From positions 1-56,194 of the forward strand of contig DATDAX010000076.1 in NCBI GenBank assembly GCA_036525175.1: a stretch of 56,194 nucleotides of DNA, read 5' to 3'. The stretch is from Terrimicrobiaceae bacterium (GTDB lineage: Bacteria > Verrucomicrobiota > Verrucomicrobiia > Chthoniobacterales > Terrimicrobiaceae). Shown piece after piece: positions 1 through 9,597 of the stretch; position 1 is the stretch's first letter; every line of letters starts with the position of its first letter. The notes beneath the pieces are model-generated. The model had not been told where the DNA came from. It saw only the letters and a program-made list of their open reading frames with translations, and ran no database searches. The translations under genes were made by a program, and so were the position numbers.

Positions 1-141
1 AAATTCGAGCAACTCCAGCAGGTGGACCGCGCCGCCTGGCGCCAGGAAGTCATTGACCACGAAGAACTCTTCCTCGATCTCCACGACCACCTGCCAAAGG
101 AGCTCGTTTACGAACGATCGCTGTTAATCTGCCGGCTTTAA
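1..141 (+). CDS. pckG: 3' end of GTP-dependent phosphoenolpyruvate carboxykinase (partial, continues upstream of the window)
   Basis: Frame 1 is open from base 1 to TAA at 139-141. It reads KFEQLQQVDRAAWRQEVIDHEELFLDLHDHLPKELVYERSLLICRL*, which fits my recollection of the GTP-PEPCK C-terminal tail (W..E....F......LP.EL..E..L..RL). It is absent from the ORF track because it has no start codon in the window. Confidence 0.55.
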   Translation, partial: KFEQLQQVDRAAWRQEVIDHEELFLDLHDHLPKELVYERSLLICRL

Positions 142-469
142 GCGCTTTCTCCGGCGATTTTGTTGGGCTTTGCGGAGCGTGCCTGCCGCCGCAGACGTCA
201 AATATCTTCCTTTTCGTGTTCGGAGACGCGGCGGTTTCCCGCTCGGACCTCTCCCGGTCGAAGGTCCCCCGACCGGCGAGAGGTTCCCTGCGGGAGATTC
301 CCGAGGTGCGGGCGGCTTCACTCCTGCGTTCCGCCGCCATGCACCATCCCATCTAACGATGGAAACCCGTTTTCGCCACGTACCGCGGGGATTGCATCCG
401 GGTCAGGGCCGAGGCCTAGGTCGCACTAAAAGAGATTGCCGCCAGTTTGGAAGCAGGATATCTACGCCG

Positions 470-650
470 CGGCACGATTCGCGTCGAGGCCGGCCCGCGC
501 AAAGAAGGATTGCGAGTGATTCTTGAAATCCATTTTGGCCCGCGCGACGGCGGCGTCGGCGCTGGTCGCTCCAGTGCCCCGGAGCCGCAATCTTTCGTCG
601 GCGGCTGGAGAAGCGAGGGGTTTACCACACTCGCACAAGCGTCCCACTAA
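470..650 (+). pseudogene. Relic of a histidine-kinase 3' end (paralogous to the 3' end of the HK at 20113-21558)
   Basis: The translation GTIRVEAGPRKEGLRVILEI...APEPQSFVGG parallels the HK C-terminus GTIRAEAGPRKGGLRVVFEL...PAEPQSFAGR. The DNA 470-601 aligns by eye with the reverse complement of about 20125-20262. No kinase body lies upstream. Confidence 0.5.
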
Positions 651-920
651 AGGGCCGATCGCACACTGAGCTCGCCGGCGTGAATTTCGGCTTTGGGTTC
701 TGACGCTGCGGCGTCGAGGCCGGGAATGAGCCTGAACGCTTTTTCATCCTGCGTTTAGCTTCGTTTCAGCATCGGGAGCGACGTTTCCACTGTCGTTAAT
801 CCCCTCAAATCAGCAACCTCTCGAAGTAATGATCGAACAATCCTCCCCGGCTGGCTCTATCAACGCCCTCCACCCTCTTGTTTGATATGATCGCGTGCTA
901 ACCATAGGGTAGCGGAAGCA

Positions 921-1988
921 ATGATGACCAAACTCCCGCCTGCAGCACAGTGGTGCATCGTTGCGGCGGCTTCCGCGCTGCTGGCGATGGGATTGCACGC
1001 GGCCAGATTTCCCGCGCCGCTCCTCTTCGGGCCAATGGTGGCGGGTATCCTGATGGGAACTAATGGCGGCACCATCCGCCTGCCACGACCAGCATTCCTG
1101 GCTGCGCAATCGGCCATAGGCTGCCTGATTGCGACGACGATCACGCCCCCGATCGTGGCATCCTTTGTCCGTAGCTGGCCGATCGTTCTCGGTGTTGTAT
1201 TCGCATCCGTTGGTGTGAGCAGCGTGCTCGGATGGCTGCTGACTCGGTGGGGCGGGCTGCCGGGGACGACGGGAGTTTGGGGTTCGTCGCCCGGGGCAGC
1301 ATCCGCGATGGTCGTGATGGCTGAGGCGTTCGGCGCGGATGTGAGACTGGTCGCCTTCATGCAATATCTCCGGGTCGTCTGCGTCGTGCTTGTGGCCTCG
1401 GTGATCGCGCGATTCTGGGTCCCATTTCCGGGCGCGGTGACGCAGGAAATTGTGTGGTTTCCACACGTGCATTGGCCGTCGCTGGCAGGAACTGTTGCGA
1501 TTGCCGGCGTTGGCGCCTTTGCAGGGCGTCTACTGCGGATTCCCGGCGGAGCTTTGTTGGTACCGCTGGTGACGGGGGCCGTCCTGCATTGGTCCGGCGG
1601 CGTCTCGATCGAATTACCCGAATGGCTGCTCGCTGCCGTTTATGCCTCGATCGGCTGGAAAATCGGCCTCGGTTTCACCCTGGAAGTGCTGCAGTATGCT
1701 TCCCGGGCTCTTCCAAAAATTCTCCTGTCGATCGCGGTGTTGATCGCTTTCTGCGGTGGCCTTGCCTTCGTTCTAACGCGGGTGTTCGGCGTCGATCCGC
1801 TGACGGCCTACCTGGCGACGAGCCCGGGAGGCATCGATTCCGTTGCGATCATCGCGGCCTCGAGCAAGGTCGATCTCCCGTTTGTGATGGCGTTCCAGAC
1901 GGTTCGCTTGTTCATCGTGATTCTGATTGGACCGACATTTGCGGGTATCGTTGCGCGACGGATGTTAGGCAAAATCGAGTCTTGCTGA
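921..1988 (+). CDS. AbrB-family (COG3180-type, 'putative ammonia monooxygenase'-like) polytopic membrane protein
   Basis: 355-aa ORF, hydrophobic throughout, with an internally duplicated membrane-domain pattern and a GG..PG..G..S.PGG motif typical of the AbrB membrane family. Confidence 0.65.
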   Translation: MMTKLPPAAQWCIVAAASALLAMGLHAARFPAPLLFGPMVAGILMGTNGGTIRLPRPAFLAAQSAIGCLIATTITPPIVASFVRSWPIVLGVVFASVGVSSVLGWLLTRWGGLPGTTGVWGSSPGAASAMVVMAEAFGADVRLVAFMQYLRVVCVVLVASVIARFWVPFPGAVTQEIVWFPHVHWPSLAGTVAIAGVGAFAGRLLRIPGGALLVPLVTGAVLHWSGGVSIELPEWLLAAVYASIGWKIGLGFTLEVLQYASRALPKILLSIAVLIAFCGGLAFVLTRVFGVDPLTAYLATSPGGIDSVAIIAASSKVDLPFVMAFQTVRLFIVILIGPTFAGIVARRMLGKIESC

Positions 1989-2449
1989 TCAGGGAAGCCG
2001 GACTTCTCTGATTCGCAAAGACGGGTTGCCAGCTTCGTCGACCGCAAGGGCAAACGCCCAGGCCGGCCTCGCAGCCGGTCAAAAGCCGCGCCGAAGACAA
2101 TGCTAGTGACGCTCCGCACGCAGCACGGGCGGGACGCCGTTCGCGCCGGGCGGCTTTTTGACCGAAGCGGAGCCTTCTGGCGCGGTTCCGCGAATCTGAA
2201 CAACATTTAATCTAGTTTTCAGCTTCCGTTTGGCCAGGGGTGCAAGGGTGTTCGGAGACACAACCCTATAAACTCCAAAGCAATGAACTCCTTTCTTTCC
2301 ACTAGAAGCGAAGCGGCAATGCTCGAGAACAGCCGCAGCCGTGGCGCCGAATTCTACTTTAACGGTAATTGCCTTTTAAAGGCGATTACCACCGGGAAAT
2401 TCCGGAAAGTCCCGTTTTTCCTCCGACACCTCTGGAGCGCGCTCGCCGA

Positions 2450-3415
2450 ATGACTGCGCTAGAGCCCGCAAAATCTTTGCCGCCATGGGCTTGGGGCGGT
2501 TTCCTGCTATTCGTTGCTACGATGCTTGCGCTTGACCTGGGCGTGTTCCGCAAGAAGTCAAGCGAGATCAAAATGAAGGAAGCGCTAGTCTGGTGCGGGG
2601 TGTGGTTCTCGCTCGCGATGGGATTCAACGGCTTGGTGTGGCTGTGGCTCGGGAGTCAATCCGCGCTGGAATGGTCCACCTCTTACCTCGTCGAGCTCTG
2701 CCTGAGCGTTGACAATGTTTTTGTCTTCATTCTCATCTTCACCTATTTCAAGGTGCCACCGAAGTATCAGCATAGTGTGCTCTTCTGGGGAATTGTAGGT
2801 GCGACGCTGATGCGCTTTGTCTTCATCCTCGCCGGAGTGAGCCTGCTCGAGCGTTTTCATTGGCTCATCTACGTGTTCGGCGGGTTCCTTGTTTTTACAG
2901 GCATCAAGTTGGTGATGCCAAAAAAGGAAGAGTTTGATCCCGAGAAGAACATCGCAGTACGCTTGTTCCGGAAATTCTACCCTGTCACGTCGGATTACGA
3001 CCAAGGTCGTTTTTTTACGCGCGACAACGGTCGCCGTGCGGCCACGCCGCTGTTCCTTGTGTTGCTGATCATCGAAACGACCGACCTGGCGTTTGCGCTC
3101 GACTCCATTCCGGCCGTGCTTTCCATTACGAGCAACGCCTTCATCGTATTTACATCGAATATCTTCGCAATTCTTGGGCTGCGTTCGCTCTACTTCGCCC
3201 TTAACGGCGTCATGGGCCTCTTCCGTTACTTGGGGCTTGGACTGGCCATCATTCTCGTATTCATCGGCTCAAAAATGCTGCTCACAAGTATTCACGTGCA
3301 TATTCCCATCGGGCTATCGCTCGGCGTTATTGCGGTCGTCCTTTTGGGCTCGGTGTTCGCTTCGCTTGCGATCGGAACCGTATCGAAAGGCGAAGCCGCT
3401 TCCGCAGAGGAATGA
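2450..3415 (+). CDS. TerC/Alx-family integral membrane protein
   Basis: Contains LSVDNVFVFILIF, IETTDLAFALDSIPAV and the repeated-helix pattern characteristic of TerC. I prefer the ATG at 2450 (MTALEP...) over the TTG at 2369 used by the ORF track. Confidence 0.85.
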   Translation: MTALEPAKSLPPWAWGGFLLFVATMLALDLGVFRKKSSEIKMKEALVWCGVWFSLAMGFNGLVWLWLGSQSALEWSTSYLVELCLSVDNVFVFILIFTYFKVPPKYQHSVLFWGIVGATLMRFVFILAGVSLLERFHWLIYVFGGFLVFTGIKLVMPKKEEFDPEKNIAVRLFRKFYPVTSDYDQGRFFTRDNGRRAATPLFLVLLIIETTDLAFALDSIPAVLSITSNAFIVFTSNIFAILGLRSLYFALNGVMGLFRYLGLGLAIILVFIGSKMLLTSIHVHIPIGLSLGVIAVVLLGSVFASLAIGTVSKGEAASAEE

Positions 3416-3596
3416 TGAATATAGATTCCTTGGGAGTCACTTCGATCGACTAACCTGAAAACTTATCGGCATCGTTAGAGCCTGCATCGCGGAATAGCAC
3501 GCTGTCTGTCCTCTCACTGTTCTGCCCTTCGCAGTCTTCGAAGACCCATCGTCCTTCAACCCGTCTCCTAGAACTCAACTCAACTCAAAGCAACTC

Positions 3597-6500
3597 ATGA
3601 TTATGATCGATACATTGCGCACCAATGCACTGCGCACCTTTGATGCCGGCAAAGGCAAGACCGGCTTGTACTATTCCTTGCCAGCCTTGGAAGCGAAAGG
3701 GCTCGGGAAGATTTCCCGACTGCCCGTCAGCATCCGAATCGTCCTCGAATCGGTGCTCCGCAACTGCGATGGGAAGAAAATTACCGAAAGGGACGTCGAA
3801 ACTTTGGCTGCGTGGAACGCCAAGGCGCCCGCCCCGGAGGAAATTCCCTTCGTCGTCGCGCGTATCGTGCTCCAGGACTTCACCGGCGTTCCGCTCCTGG
3901 TGGACCTTGCAGCCATGCGCTCCGCAGTCGCCAACTTGAAGAAAGATCCTACGATCATCGAGCCGCTGGTGCCGGTGGATCTTGTTGTCGATCACTCGGT
4001 GCAGGTGGATTTTTCTGGATCAGCCCAAGCCTTGCGTCTGAATCTTGAAATGGAATTTAAGCGGAATCGCGAGCGCTATAAATTCCTCAAGTGGGGCCAA
4101 CAAGCCTTCAAGACTTTCGGCGTAGTCCCTCCAGGCATTGGCATCGTTCATCAGGTGAATCTGGAATATCTTGCCAAGGGCGTCCTCAGTGCGGAAACGC
4201 CGGAAGGCACTGTCTTTTATCCCGATACCCTTGTCGGTACCGATTCGCACACAACCATGATCAACGGGCTTGGCGTCGTCGGATGGGGTGTTGGCGGCAT
4301 CGAGGCCGAAGCAGGAATGCTCGGTCAGCCCGTGTATTTTCTCGCCCCAGAGGTCTTGGGCGTTCACCTCACCGGTACCCTTAAGGCAGGCGTTACCGCG
4401 ACCGACCTCGTCCTGCGAGTTACCGAAATACTCCGCAAAGAGAAGGTTGTCGGAAAATTTGTCGAGTTCTTTGGTGAAGGCGCAGCCGCGCTTTCCGTCA
4501 CCGACCGCGCCACCATCGCTAACATGGCCCCCGAATACGGGGCTACGGTTGGGTTCTTTGGCGCGGACGAAGAAACTCTCGCCTACCTGCGTGGCACCGG
4601 GCGCAGCGATGAGCTCTGCGAAACCTTTGAGAAATATTACAAGGCCCAAGGTCTCTGGGGGATACCGCGCAAGGGCGACGTGGACTATACCGTAGAAATT
4701 GAACTGGATCTCGGCACCATCGTGCCCGCGGTGGCCGGCCCAAAGCGTCCCCAGGACCGCATTAATCTCCCTGAGCTCAAGCAGACCTTTCGGACTCTCT
4801 TCGAAAGACCTCTGAGTAAAGGCGGTTATGGGAAAATAACCGACGATCTAATGCTCCGAGTGCCGGTAAACACCAATGGTTCTGCTTTCGAAGCGAACAG
4901 CGAGATACCTTCCAGCGACGCAATTGCAAATCATGCAGAAGAGGGTTTGCCGCGGGACGAGTCAGAAATGATCCAAAATCGTCCGACGCCCGACAGATCG
5001 GTTTCTCCGGATTCCACGATTGGGCACGGAAGTGTTCTAATAGCCGCTATCACAAGCTGCACAAATACTAGCAATCCCAGTGTCATGCTAGGCGCGGCGC
5101 TGCTTGCCAAGAAGGCCGTTGGGCTGGGGTTGAGGGTGAATCCCGCCGTCAAGACATCCCTCGGGCCCGGCTCGCGTGTGGTTACCGACTACCTCGAAAA
5201 GGCTGGTCTCCAGCCTTACTTTGACAAGCTCGGCTTTCAAACTGTCGGCTACGGCTGTACCACATGCATTGGAAATTCGGGCCCGCTCCACCCTGCGCTT
5301 GAGGAAGCGATTGCGAAGAATGATCTCGTGGCGGCAAGCGTCCTCTCGGGCAACCGCAACTTTGAAGCCCGAGTGCACCAGAACATCCGCGCCAATTTCC
5401 TAATGTCGCCCCCGCTCGTCGTCGCGTTTGCTCTCGCCGGCACGGTGGACATTGATCTGAGCTCCGAACCGCTTGGAAAGAACAAGGACGGCAAGGACGT
5501 TTATCTCAAGGAAATCTGGCCCACGCTGGAGGAGATCCGCTTGGCAATGATGTCCGCCCTCAAACCAGATGTCTATCGCAAGCTCTACTCCGACTTTGCT
5601 GAGCAAAATCCGAAGTGGAACGAAATTCCCTCCTCCACGGGAGCAGTGTATGAGTGGGACCGCAAGAGTACCTACATCCAAAAACCCCCCTTCTTCGTCG
5701 GATTTGGGATGGAACCCGGTCATATCCAGGAAATTAAGGGCGCGCGTCCGCTTGGCATCTTCGGAGATTCAGTCACCACCGATCATATCAGTCCCGCTGG
5801 CGCAATTACAAAGGCCAGCCCAGCAGGAAAATTCCTTATCGAGAACGGAGTGCCGGTCGCGGATTTCAATAGTTATGGCTCACGCCGCGGCAACGATCGC
5901 GTCATGACGCGCGGCACGTTCGCGAATGTGCGAATCAAGAACCTGATGGTTCCTGGCGTAGAAGGCGGTTACACTCTTTACTTTGGCGAAAGGGAGGTCC
6001 CGGACGAGGACCGGGGCCCGCGCATGCGGCTGCTCGACGGTTACACTCTCTACGCTGGCGAAAGGGAGGTCCCGGGCGACGACCCGGTCCCGCCCACGCG
6101 GCTGCTCGACGGTTACACTCTTTACTTTGGCGAAAAGGAGGTCCCGGAACCACGCAAGGAAATCAAGGCCAAGGATGCAAAATTGACGTTCATCTACGAC
6201 GCCTGCATGGCGTACCAGGCTGACGAAGTTCCACTCATTATCTTCGCCGGTCAGGAGTATGGGACTGGCTCCAGCCGTGATTGGGCAGCCAAGGGCACCC
6301 GTCTTCTGGGCGTGAAAGCCGTCGTGGCCCAAAGCTTCGAGCGCATCCACCGCTCAAACCTCGTTGGAATGGGTGTCCTCCCCCTTCAGTTCCCCGACGG
6401 AGTCAGCGCTCAGACGCTGGGCCTTGACGGCACAGAGGTTTCCGACGTGCTCGGGCTGTCCGATGATATCGTGCCGCGTCAGGAACTGACCTTGCGCATC

Positions 6501-6623
6501 ACGCGTAAGGACGGTTCCGTTATTGAACAATCCGTCAAACTTCGCATCGATACGCCCATTGAGGTGGATTACTACCGTCACGGGGGCATCCTGCCTTTCG
6601 TGCTTCGTCAATTGCTCTGTTAG
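3597..6623 (+). CDS. acnA: Aconitate hydratase A (unusually long, 1008 aa)
   Basis: Aconitase signatures are present: [55 protein letters not shown] and [10 protein letters not shown]...[13 protein letters not shown]. Confidence 0.95.
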   Translation: MIMIDTLRTNALRTFDAGKGKTGLYYSLPALEAKGLGKISRLPVSIRIVLESVLRNCDGKKITERDVETLAAWNAKAPAPEEIPFVVARIVLQDFTGVPLLVDLAAMRSAVANLKKDPTIIEPLVPVDLVVDHSVQVDFSGSAQALRLNLEMEFKRNRERYKFLKWGQQAFKTFGVVPPGIGIVHQVNLEYLAKGVLSAETPEGTVFYPDTLVGTDSHTTMINGLGVVGWGVGGIEAEAGMLGQPVYFLAPEVLGVHLTGTLKAGVTATDLVLRVTEILRKEKVVGKFVEFFGEGAAALSVTDRATIANMAPEYGATVGFFGADEETLAYLRGTGRSDELCETFEKYYKAQGLWGIPRKGDVDYTVEIELDLGTIVPAVAGPKRPQDRINLPELKQTFRTLFERPLSKGGYGKITDDLMLRVPVNTNGSAFEANSEIPSSDAIANHAEEGLPRDESEMIQNRPTPDRSVSPDSTIGHGSVLIAAITSCTNTSNPSVMLGAALLAKKAVGLGLRVNPAVKTSLGPGSRVVTDYLEKAGLQPYFDKLGFQTVGYGCTTCIGNSGPLHPALEEAIAKNDLVAASVLSGNRNFEARVHQNIRANFLMSPPLVVAFALAGTVDIDLSSEPLGKNKDGKDVYLKEIWPTLEEIRLAMMSALKPDVYRKLYSDFAEQNPKWNEIPSSTGAVYEWDRKSTYIQKPPFFVGFGMEPGHIQEIKGARPLGIFGDSVTTDHISPAGAITKASPAGKFLIENGVPVADFNSYGSRRGNDRVMTRGTFANVRIKNLMVPGVEGGYTLYFGEREVPDEDRGPRMRLLDGYTLYAGEREVPGDDPVPPTRLLDGYTLYFGEKEVPEPRKEIKAKDAKLTFIYDACMAYQADEVPLIIFAGQEYGTGSSRDWAAKGTRLLGVKAVVAQSFERIHRSNLVGMGVLPLQFPDGVSAQTLGLDGTEVSDVLGLSDDIVPRQELTLRITRKDGSVIEQSVKLRIDTPIEVDYYRHGGILPFVLRQLLC
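5967..6148 (+). repeat. In-frame 72-bp tandem repeat (about 2.5 copies) inside acnA
   Basis: Copies start at 5967, 6039 and 6111, each beginning ggttacactct. They encode [48 protein letters not shown] and [13 protein letters not shown]... Confidence 0.9.
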
Positions 6624-6890
6624 CCTCTCCCGCCGTTATTCGCACTGCTAACAGCTATAGAACCGCAGACATAGAAACCTTAGCGATATTTCAGTTGGCA
6701 TTAAGCTTGTCGTCAGTCAGCGACTTTAGCGTCATTGCAATGATTCATTCTGTTAGGCGATCGAGAGCTCTTTCTCAGCCATTTGGAATCTCGTTGACGA
6801 GACCAAGCAAAGCCGAAAAGCGCCTCTCTCCGTAGCGCTCGCTCGCCGAATGCCAGCACAAAAACTCCTTCCTTGTTCCACAACCAGAAA

Positions 6891-7892
6891 ATGAAAACAC
6901 ACATTGTTACCCTGATTCCGGGCGACGGGGTCGGTCCTGAGATCGCCGACGCCGTTATCACAATCTTCAAAGCGGCCGACGCGCCTATCCAGTGGGAGCG
7001 GCAGATCGTCAGCACCGAGTCTGTTAAACCCGGCGGACAGCTCATCTCCGAGGAGGCACTCGCTTCCATCAAAAGGAACGCTGTCGCACTTAAAGGACCT
7101 CTGGCCACGCCGATCGGCACTGGCCACGTTTCCCTCAACCTTACCCTGCGCAAAGCATTTCAGCTCTACGCAAACCTACGGCCTTGCCGGAGCATTCCGG
7201 GATTAAAGACGCGCTACGACAATGTCGATGTCGTCGTGGTTCGCGAAAACACCGAGGGCGAATATTCCGGACTCGAGCACGAAGTAGTGCCCGGCGTTGT
7301 CGAATCACTCAAGGTCATCACGCGCGCTGCTTCGACGCGAATCGCCGAGTCGGCGTTCCATTACGCCGCAACACAGAACCGCCGCAAAGTGTCCGCGATA
7401 CACAAGGCGAATATCATGAAAAGGAGCGACGGGTTGTTCCTGGACTGCTGCCGAGAGGTCGCCAAGAAATATCCGCAAATCCAGTACGAGGAAGTCATCG
7501 TCGATAACTGCTGCATGCAGCTTGTCACAAATCCGCAGCGCTTTGACGTCATGGTGCTCCCCAACCTCTACGGCGACATCGTCAGCGATCTCTGCGCAGG
7601 TTTGATCGGCGGGCTGGGCGTCGCGCCGAGCGGCAATATCGGGGAGAGCGCCGCAATCTTTGAGAGCGTCCACGGCACCGCACCGGACATTGCAGGGCAG
7701 GGCAAGGCCAACCCAACTGCCCTGCTGTTGAGCGCATGCATGATGTTACGCCATCTCGGCGAGATCGAAGTTGCGGGGCGCATCGAGCAAGCTTGCTACG
7801 ATGTCATCGCCAGCAAAAAGCACGTCACCTTTGACGTTGGAGGGACCGCCACGACCTCCGAATTCGCCCAAGCAATTTCTTCTAAACTATGA
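6891..7892 (+). CDS. NAD+-dependent isocitrate dehydrogenase (mitochondrial IDH3-like member of the isocitrate/isopropylmalate dehydrogenase family)
   Basis: Contains [75 protein letters not shown] and [22 protein letters not shown]. The ATG at 6891 (MKTHIV) is preferred. Confidence 0.88.
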   Translation: MKTHIVTLIPGDGVGPEIADAVITIFKAADAPIQWERQIVSTESVKPGGQLISEEALASIKRNAVALKGPLATPIGTGHVSLNLTLRKAFQLYANLRPCRSIPGLKTRYDNVDVVVVRENTEGEYSGLEHEVVPGVVESLKVITRAASTRIAESAFHYAATQNRRKVSAIHKANIMKRSDGLFLDCCREVAKKYPQIQYEEVIVDNCCMQLVTNPQRFDVMVLPNLYGDIVSDLCAGLIGGLGVAPSGNIGESAAIFESVHGTAPDIAGQGKANPTALLLSACMMLRHLGEIEVAGRIEQACYDVIASKKHVTFDVGGTATTSEFAQAISSKL

Positions 7893-7930
7893 TGCAAACC
7901 ATACTATCCATAACGAACGAGGGTCCTCGA

Positions 7931-9592
7931 ATGATGAAGGGATCTGATCTTTTAGTCGCAGCCCTGGAGAACGAGGGAGTCGAGCGAATCTTTGGAGTTC
8001 CCGGCGAAGAAAACCTGGACGTTATCGAATCGCTGCACGGCTCGAAGATTGAACTCGTCGTAACGCGGCACGAGCAGGCGGCAGCGTTCATGGCGGCGAC
8101 CTACGGGCGGTTAACAGGTAAGCCCGGTGTCTGCCTGAGTACACTGGGGCCTGGGGCGCTGAATTTCTCCACCGGTGCGGCCTATGCGCATCTCGGTGCC
8201 ATGCCGATGATTATGATCACTGGTCAGAAAGGGATTCTAACCAGTAAACAAGCACGGTTTCAGATCGTGGACGTGGTCTCAAGCATGACGCCACTGACCA
8301 AGATGGCGCGCCAGATCGTCAGCGTAGCAACGATCCCGACGATCGTGCGCGAGGCGTTCAGGGTCGCGCAGCAGGAGCGCCCCGGCCCCGTACATCTGGA
8401 GCTACCCGAGGACCTCGCACGGGAGGAGGTGCCTGAGGTTCCGCTCGTGCCCCCGCATCCGATCGAAATTCCCGTAGCCCATCCAACTGCTCTGGAGCGT
8501 GCAGCATTGATGATCCTCGAGGCCGAGCGGCCCTTGATCATGCTGGGCGCTGCGGCGAGCCGGCCGCGACTTGCGGATGCCCTATCGGATTTCGTTCGCC
8601 GTACGCGCATCCCATTCTTCAATACGCAGATGGGCAAGGGCGCAGTGGCCGGCGGGTCGAACCTATACATGGGAACCGCGGCTCTCTCCGAGCGCGACTA
8701 CGTGCACGAGGCAATAGATCGGGCCGACCTCATCGTTTCCATCGGCCATGACACGATCGAGAAGCCACCCTTCATCATGGGTTCTGAAGGACCCAACGTG
8801 ATCCATGTCGGCTACGTGCCTGCGACGGTAGAGGAGGTCTTTTTTCCACACGCCGAGGTTGTGGGAGATGTCGGACCAAGCCTGGCTCTGCTAGCTGACC
8901 GGTTGGAGGGCAAGCTGAAGAATGCTTCCGCGCTCTTGCCGCTGCGCAAGGAGATCTTTGCACGCCTGACAGACCGGGCCACCGAGAGTCGTTTTCCGCT
9001 GACCCCCCAACGTATTGTCCACGACGTGCGCCAGGTGATGCCCGAGGACGGCATCGTTTGCCTCGACAATGGCATGTACAAGATCTGGTTCGCGCGCAAT
9101 TACCGGACGCGGGTGGCGAACACATTGTTGCTCGACAACGCGCTGGCAACGATGGGCGCGGGGCTGCCTTCGGCGATGATGGCATCCATGCTTTATCCCG
9201 GACGGCGCGTCCTGGCCGTGTGCGGTGACGGCGGTTTCATGATGAACTCGCAGGAGATGGAGACGGCAGTGCGGCTCGGTTTGAACCTTGTCGTGCTGAT
9301 CGTACAGGACAACGCCTATGGTATGATTCGCTGGAAGCAGGGAATCGACGATTTCGCCGATTGGGGACTGACCTTCGGAAATCCGGACTTCGTAAAGTAT
9401 GCGGAGTCCTACGGAGCGAAGGGCTCGCGCGTTGACACGGCGGACGGGTTGGTTCCGACGTTGAAAGCGGCGTTCGAGGGGGGAGGCGTTCATCTGGTCG
9501 TCGTGCCTGTGGATTACTCGGAAAATTCGCGAGTGCTCATAGACGAGTTACGCAACCGCGTGCCAGCGATCACGTTAGCCTCTGCGGCGTAA
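7931..9592 (+). CDS. Thiamine-pyrophosphate enzyme, acetolactate synthase (AlsS)-like
   Basis: Contains GSDLLVAALENEGVERIFGVPGEE, RHEQAAAFMAATYGRLTGKPGVC and the TPP-binding motif GDGGFMMNSQELETAVR-like. The probable start is the ATG at 7931 (MMKGSD). Confidence 0.85.
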   Translation: MMKGSDLLVAALENEGVERIFGVPGEENLDVIESLHGSKIELVVTRHEQAAAFMAATYGRLTGKPGVCLSTLGPGALNFSTGAAYAHLGAMPMIMITGQKGILTSKQARFQIVDVVSSMTPLTKMARQIVSVATIPTIVREAFRVAQQERPGPVHLELPEDLAREEVPEVPLVPPHPIEIPVAHPTALERAALMILEAERPLIMLGAAASRPRLADALSDFVRRTRIPFFNTQMGKGAVAGGSNLYMGTAALSERDYVHEAIDRADLIVSIGHDTIEKPPFIMGSEGPNVIHVGYVPATVEEVFFPHAEVVGDVGPSLALLADRLEGKLKNASALLPLRKEIFARLTDRATESRFPLTPQRIVHDVRQVMPEDGIVCLDNGMYKIWFARNYRTRVANTLLLDNALATMGAGLPSAMMASMLYPGRRVLAVCGDGGFMMNSQEMETAVRLGLNLVVLIVQDNAYGMIRWKQGIDDFADWGLTFGNPDFVKYAESYGAKGSRVDTADGLVPTLKAAFEGGGVHLVVVPVDYSENSRVLIDELRNRVPAITLASAA

Positions 9593-9597
9593 GAGCT

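Noticed and set aside
2210-2449. Possible yybP-ykoY (Mn2+) riboswitch, because TerC/Alx genes are often preceded by one.
   Set aside because: I could find only a weak resemblance (caggggtgcaag, ggagacac) and not the conserved GGGGAGUAG and partner loops. An Rfam RF00080 cmsearch would be needed, so it is not called.
5935-6186. Short ORFs on both strands with repetitive peptides (e.g. [16 protein letters not shown]...).
   Set aside because: They are out-of-frame or antisense readings of the 72-bp tandem repeat inside acnA.
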